DNA of 64,000 bases, from positions 64,001-128,000 of the forward strand of contig JBMNLZ010000002.1 in assembly GCA_050953065.1 (NCBI GenBank), in the 5' to 3' direction. The notes below the pieces were generated by a model that saw only the letters and a list, made by a program, of their open reading frames with translations, made no database searches and was not told where the DNA came from. Positions within the stretch are counted from its first letter, which is position 1. Every line of letters starts with the position of its first letter. Source of the DNA: Bacilli bacterium (GTDB lineage Bacteria > Bacillota_I > Bacilli_A > ML615J-28 > CAG-698). Made by a program: the position numbers and the translations under genes. Shown piece after piece: positions 60,097 to 64,000 of the stretch.

Positions 60097-60693
60097 ATGA
60101 AATATCCTTTTTCATTAGAAAAACTAATTGAAGATTTTGAGATGTTTCCGGGCATAGGTCCAAAGACTGCCGAAAGGCTTGCTTTATTTACTATTTTAAA
60201 TCTTGAAAAAGAAGATGTTGAAAGATTTAGTCAATCTCTTTTAATTGCAAAATCTAAATTAAGATTTTGTGATGTTTGTGGAAGTATTACTGATGTTAGT
60301 GTCTGTGATATTTGTAGTGATGAAGATAGAGAAAGTAAAATCATTGTTGTAGAGAATACAAAAGATGTAATTACATTTGAAAAAACTAATCAATTTAGAG
60401 GAAAATATCATGTATTAAACGGTGTGATTTCACCTTCTGCTGGAATTGGTCCAGAACAAATTAATTTAGATAAATTAATTAGTAGGGTAGAAGATGAAAA
60501 AATAAATGAAGTAATAATTGCTACTAGTTCGAGTATTAATGGTGAGATTACAGCGATGTATATAGCAAATAAATTAAAAGAAACTAATGCAAAAGTTTAT
60601 AGAATTGGGTATGGTTTACCTGTTGGTGCTGACATAGAGTATACTGATGAAATAACATTAATAAAAGCACTTGAAGGTAAGAAAGAAATATAG
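60097..60693 (+). CDS. recR: recombination protein RecR
   Basis: PGIGPKTAERLA, C4 zinc finger, YHVLNGVISP, GLPVG.DIEY.DE.TL..A. Confidence 0.97.
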   Translation: MKYPFSLEKLIEDFEMFPGIGPKTAERLALFTILNLEKEDVERFSQSLLIAKSKLRFCDVCGSITDVSVCDICSDEDRESKIIVVENTKDVITFEKTNQFRGKYHVLNGVISPSAGIGPEQINLDKLISRVEDEKINEVIIATSSSINGEITAMYIANKLKETNAKVYRIGYGLPVGADIEYTDEITLIKALEGKKEI

Positions 60694-60728
60694 TATAATA
60701 ACAGTGTAGTATTTGAAAGGAGATCAAA

Positions 60729-60980
60729 ATGGAACAAGTTAAAACTTTCATGGCTAATCTTTTCGACAAGGCTAACAATGTATTGAAGCCAATTGTAGAT
60801 GCAGTTTTAGGTTTATTTAATGGTGAACATTACGTACTTTATACATTATTTGGTATTTGGGTAGCAATCCTAATAATAATTGGTTTAATTGCATTTGTTA
60901 TGAAGGGTACTAAGCCTTTTATATTACTTGTCGTGCTAACTGCCATTGTGTTTGCCGCGTGGTTTTTTTTCGTTAAGTAG
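60729..60980 (+). CDS. small membrane protein
   Basis: AAGGAG RBS, two TM segments, terminator hairpin near 60987-61022. Confidence 0.75.
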   Translation: MEQVKTFMANLFDKANNVLKPIVDAVLGLFNGEHYVLYTLFGIWVAILIIIGLIAFVMKGTKPFILLVVLTAIVFAAWFFFVK

Positions 60981-61147
60981 TTAAATAAAAGATTAATACA
61001 CCTTTTTGTATTAATCTTTTTTCTTTTGTCTTATTTGATAAAAAAATTTAAAATATCTAAATTGTTATTAGTAAATAAACTAATTTTTATAAAAAAATTA
61101 TAGGTTAAATTGCGAGTTTATTAAATGGTTAATCAAGGAGAGTAATA

Positions 61148-62290
61148 ATGGAAGAAAATAAAGCAATAGAAACTAAAAAAATAATTCACGAAAGTATTGA
61201 AGTTAGATTAGAAAATCTTACAAAAGAATTTCCAAATAAAAATGGTCAAAAAACAATTGCTGTTAATAATTTTTCTGTAACAATCGAAGCAGGAAAATTG
61301 ATTGGTTTGTTAGGACCATCTGGTTGTGGGAAGTCAACGACACTTTATTTAATTGCAGGGTTATTAAAACCAACAGAAGGTAAGATTTATTTTGGAGAAG
61401 AAGATGTTACTTCAATGCCTCCTGAAAAAAGAGGGATAGGTTTAGTTTTCCAAAACTATGCTTTATACCCACATATGACAGTTAGACAAAATATAGTTTT
61501 TCCATTAGAAAATATGGGAGTTCCTAAAGAGGAAAGAAATGCTTTAGCTCAAGAAATGGCAGAGCTTGTTCATATCGGCGATTTGATGGATAGAAAACCA
61601 AATCAATTAAGTGGTGGTCAACAACAACGTGTTGCGATTGCTAGAGCTTTAGTTAAAAAACCTAAAGTATTATTATTAGATGAACCCTTATCAAATCTAG
61701 ATGCAAGATTAAGACTTCAAACTAGAGAAGAAATAAAAAGGATTCAAAGAGAAACTGGAATTACTACGATATTTGTTACTCACGATCAAGAAGAAGCGAT
61801 GAGTATTTCAGATGAAATTGTCGTAATGAATTACGGACTTTTACAACAAAAAGAACATCCTCAAGAAGTATATGATAATCCTATCAATATGTTTGTTGCG
61901 AAGTTTTTGGGGAATCCTCCAATTAATACAATTAAAGGCTTTATTAAAAAGAATTCTTTATATGTTGAGGATAGTAAAAGTGTTGATTTAGAATTAAAGG
62001 ATAAAACTGGTACTTTAATTGAAGAATTAAAAGCAGAAAATCAAGAAGTATATATTGGAATTAGACCAGAATTTTTTAAGGTTAGTAAAGATGGTAAGAT
62101 AAAAGGTTTAGTTGAAATTGTTGAACATATTGGTAGAGATGTAATGACGATTGTTAAAATAGTTGATACTGATCTTTCATTTAGAGCAATTATACCAAAC
62201 GATACAAAAATTAAAGTTGGTGAAGAAATAAAATTTAGTTATTCTAAGTACTTTGTCTTTAATGCAAGTACAGGAGAAAGGATTAAATAA
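61148..62290 (+). CDS. sugar ABC transporter ATP-binding protein (MsmX/MalK-like)
   Basis: GPSGCGKST, FQNYALYPHMTV, LSGGQQQR, LLDEPLSNLDA; TOBE C-terminus. Confidence 0.93.
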   Translation: MEENKAIETKKIIHESIEVRLENLTKEFPNKNGQKTIAVNNFSVTIEAGKLIGLLGPSGCGKSTTLYLIAGLLKPTEGKIYFGEEDVTSMPPEKRGIGLVFQNYALYPHMTVRQNIVFPLENMGVPKEERNALAQEMAELVHIGDLMDRKPNQLSGGQQQRVAIARALVKKPKVLLLDEPLSNLDARLRLQTREEIKRIQRETGITTIFVTHDQEEAMSISDEIVVMNYGLLQQKEHPQEVYDNPINMFVAKFLGNPPINTIKGFIKKNSLYVEDSKSVDLELKDKTGTLIEELKAENQEVYIGIRPEFFKVSKDGKIKGLVEIVEHIGRDVMTIVKIVDTDLSFRAIIPNDTKIKVGEEIKFSYSKYFVFNASTGERIK

Positions 62291-63255
62291 TGTTAGAGTA
62301 TAAAAAAGATGGATTAAAAGCAAGTGTTGCTTTAATGCCTACTTTACTACTAATGGCAGTCTTTACTTTCTGGCCTATCTTTAGAACTTTAGTAACTGCC
62401 TTTATGGAAGGCTATAATACTAATATGAGTTTTATAGAGTTCTTTCAAAGATTGGGTTCGTCAACTAAGCTTACTCTAAGATGGTTTAAAGATATCTTTG
62501 TAATTCAAGATGGCTTGTTTTTAAAATCATTAAGGAACACTTTTGAAATGGCAATTATTTCAGTTCCAATTTCAATTATAGTTTCTTTGTTTATTGCAGT
62601 AGCATTAAATGGAATTAAAAAAGGTCAAGGAATTCTTCAAACAATTTTCTTTTTACCATATGTTACGAATTCAATTGCTTTAGGGATGGTATTCTCATTT
62701 ATCTTTAGTAGTAATTATGGACTAATTAATGCTTTAATTGAAGCATTTGGTGGAGAGCCTCAAGCTTGGATTTTTAGGATTACTTCAACGGGCGCTCAAC
62801 CTACTAGAGCATCGATTCTTTTTGTATTAATGGTCTATACAGTTTGGAATGGTCTTGCTTTTAAAATTATTGTGTTTTTATCGGGACTTCAAAGTATTGA
62901 TAAACAATATTATCAAGCTGCTCAAATTGATGGGGCATCTCGTTGGACTGTGTTTAGAAGAATTACAGTACCTCTATTATCACCAATGATACTTTATATT
63001 ACGATTACTTCTTTGATCGGTGCGTTTAAAGCGTATAATAGCGTTATCGCGATTTTTGGACATAATAAATTTGGACCATCATCTAGTCCAAATGAATTTA
63101 TTACAGTAGTTGGGTTTATTTATAAATATTTGCCTTTACATAATAATACAAACTATTTAAGTGTAGTCTCAGCTGGTTCTTTAATTTTGTTTTCAATTAT
63201 AATGCTTATCACTTTAATCCAATTTTATGTTGGTAAAAAGAGAGTGCATTATTAA
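62290..63255 (+). CDS. carbohydrate ABC transporter permease
   Basis: EAA-like motif YQAAQIDGAS.W..F.RIT.PLLSP. Confidence 0.92.
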   Translation: MLEYKKDGLKASVALMPTLLLMAVFTFWPIFRTLVTAFMEGYNTNMSFIEFFQRLGSSTKLTLRWFKDIFVIQDGLFLKSLRNTFEMAIISVPISIIVSLFIAVALNGIKKGQGILQTIFFLPYVTNSIALGMVFSFIFSSNYGLINALIEAFGGEPQAWIFRITSTGAQPTRASILFVLMVYTVWNGLAFKIIVFLSGLQSIDKQYYQAAQIDGASRWTVFRRITVPLLSPMILYITITSLIGAFKAYNSVIAIFGHNKFGPSSSPNEFITVVGFIYKYLPLHNNTNYLSVVSAGSLILFSIIMLITLIQFYVGKKRVHY

Positions 63256-63268
63256 GGGGGAATGAAAA

Positions 63269-64000
63269 ATGAACAGTAATTTATATTTAGAAGGCAAAGA
63301 ATTAAGAAGATTTAAAACTAAGAGAATGATTAATCAAATATTGATTTATTTCTTCTTAGCTTTAATTGCATTGTTTGTTTTGATTCCTTTTTACTGGATG
63401 TTAGCAACTGCAGTTAAAAGTGATGCTGAGTTGGTTAAAGGCGTAACGTTTTTCCCTCAGGATTGGGCTTTTGAAAACTTTGGGAAAGTGTTTATAAGGG
63501 CACCATATTTTGGAAGGTATTTTTTAAATACAATTATTGTTGGAACTTTAACTACAATTGGAACTTTAATAACTACAATTTTAGCAGCGTTTGCTTTTGC
63601 AAGACTTAATTTCAAAGGTAAGAATGTTTTGTTTACAATTTTGCTTGCAACAATGATGATTCCAGGAGAGGTATTTGTTATTTCTAACTTTGTTACTATT
63701 GGAAGTTTTGGTAAAATTCCTTTCCTTAGTTGGGCAGGAAAAGAAACATTTGGAGCCTTAGTATTACCGTTTATTACAAGTGTCTTTTATATTTTCTTTT
63801 TAAGACAAACATTTAAACAAATTCCAAATGAATTATATTTAGCAGCAAAAGTTGATGGAACTAGTGATTTTAAGTATTTATGGAAAGTTATGATTCCAAT
63901 GGCGAAAGCTACTATTACAACGATTTTTATTTTAAGTATGATGGGGGCATGGAATGCTTATATTTGGCCAACTTTAGTTGCTAATAGTGAAAAGATGCGT
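63269..64000 (+). CDS. carbohydrate ABC transporter permease (runs off window edge)
   Basis: Manual translation MNSNLYLEG...IPFYWM...AAFAFARLNFKGK...ATMMIP...IPNELYLAAKVDG. Confidence 0.9.
   Translation, partial: MNSNLYLEGKELRRFKTKRMINQILIYFFLALIALFVLIPFYWMLATAVKSDAELVKGVTFFPQDWAFENFGKVFIRAPYFGRYFLNTIIVGTLTTIGTLITTILAAFAFARLNFKGKNVLFTILLATMMIPGEVFVISNFVTIGSFGKIPFLSWAGKETFGALVLPFITSVFYIFFLRQTFKQIPNELYLAAKVDGTSDFKYLWKVMIPMAKATITTIFILSMMGAWNAYIWPTLVANSEKMR

Noticed and set aside
409-60778. Short antisense or alternate-frame ORFs in the track (e.g. 409..603, 4261..4551, 5422..5748, 24524..24892, 46508..46924, 60584..60778)
   Set aside because: They lie within or overlap well-supported genes, lack RBSs and are typical shadow ORFs.

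Overview
Very AT-rich chromosomal segment from a wall-less-looking Bacilli/Mollicutes-type bacterium (Acholeplasmatales/Izemoplasmatales-like; TGA is used as a stop and Trp is TGG). Taxonomy is inferred from gene content only. The window spans the replication origin region: dnaA-dnaN, yaaA-recF-gyrB-gyrA-serS, rpmH-rnpA-yidC-jag, mnmE and dnaX-ybaB-recR. It also carries housekeeping genes (mfd, pth, folD, clpB with a perfect CIRCE, rpoE, surE, two nrnA, pepA, ttcA, ppdK, two mgtE, asnS), two T-box leaders, an acn-gltA-icd operon, a GGDEF gene and a sugar ABC transporter. The standout is a ~2.1 kb insert that splits the normally contiguous dnaN and yaaA-recF genes, about 1-3 kb from oriC. It holds an ~400 bp array of ATGT/ACAT tetramers in strict 8-bp register, a phased A-tract spacer, a second 7-box array in the promoter region, a ParG/omega-like ribbon-helix-helix gene and a Walker-type ParA gene. 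No integrase, Rep or transposase is nearby, and no ParB/parS is visible in the window. It looks like a plasmid-type (type Ib) partition system used for chromosome origin segregation. Other oddities: the rpmH-jag block is inverted, a convergent pair of paralogous surface proteins with an unrecognised domain sits next to dnaA, and DnaX is 961 aa long.
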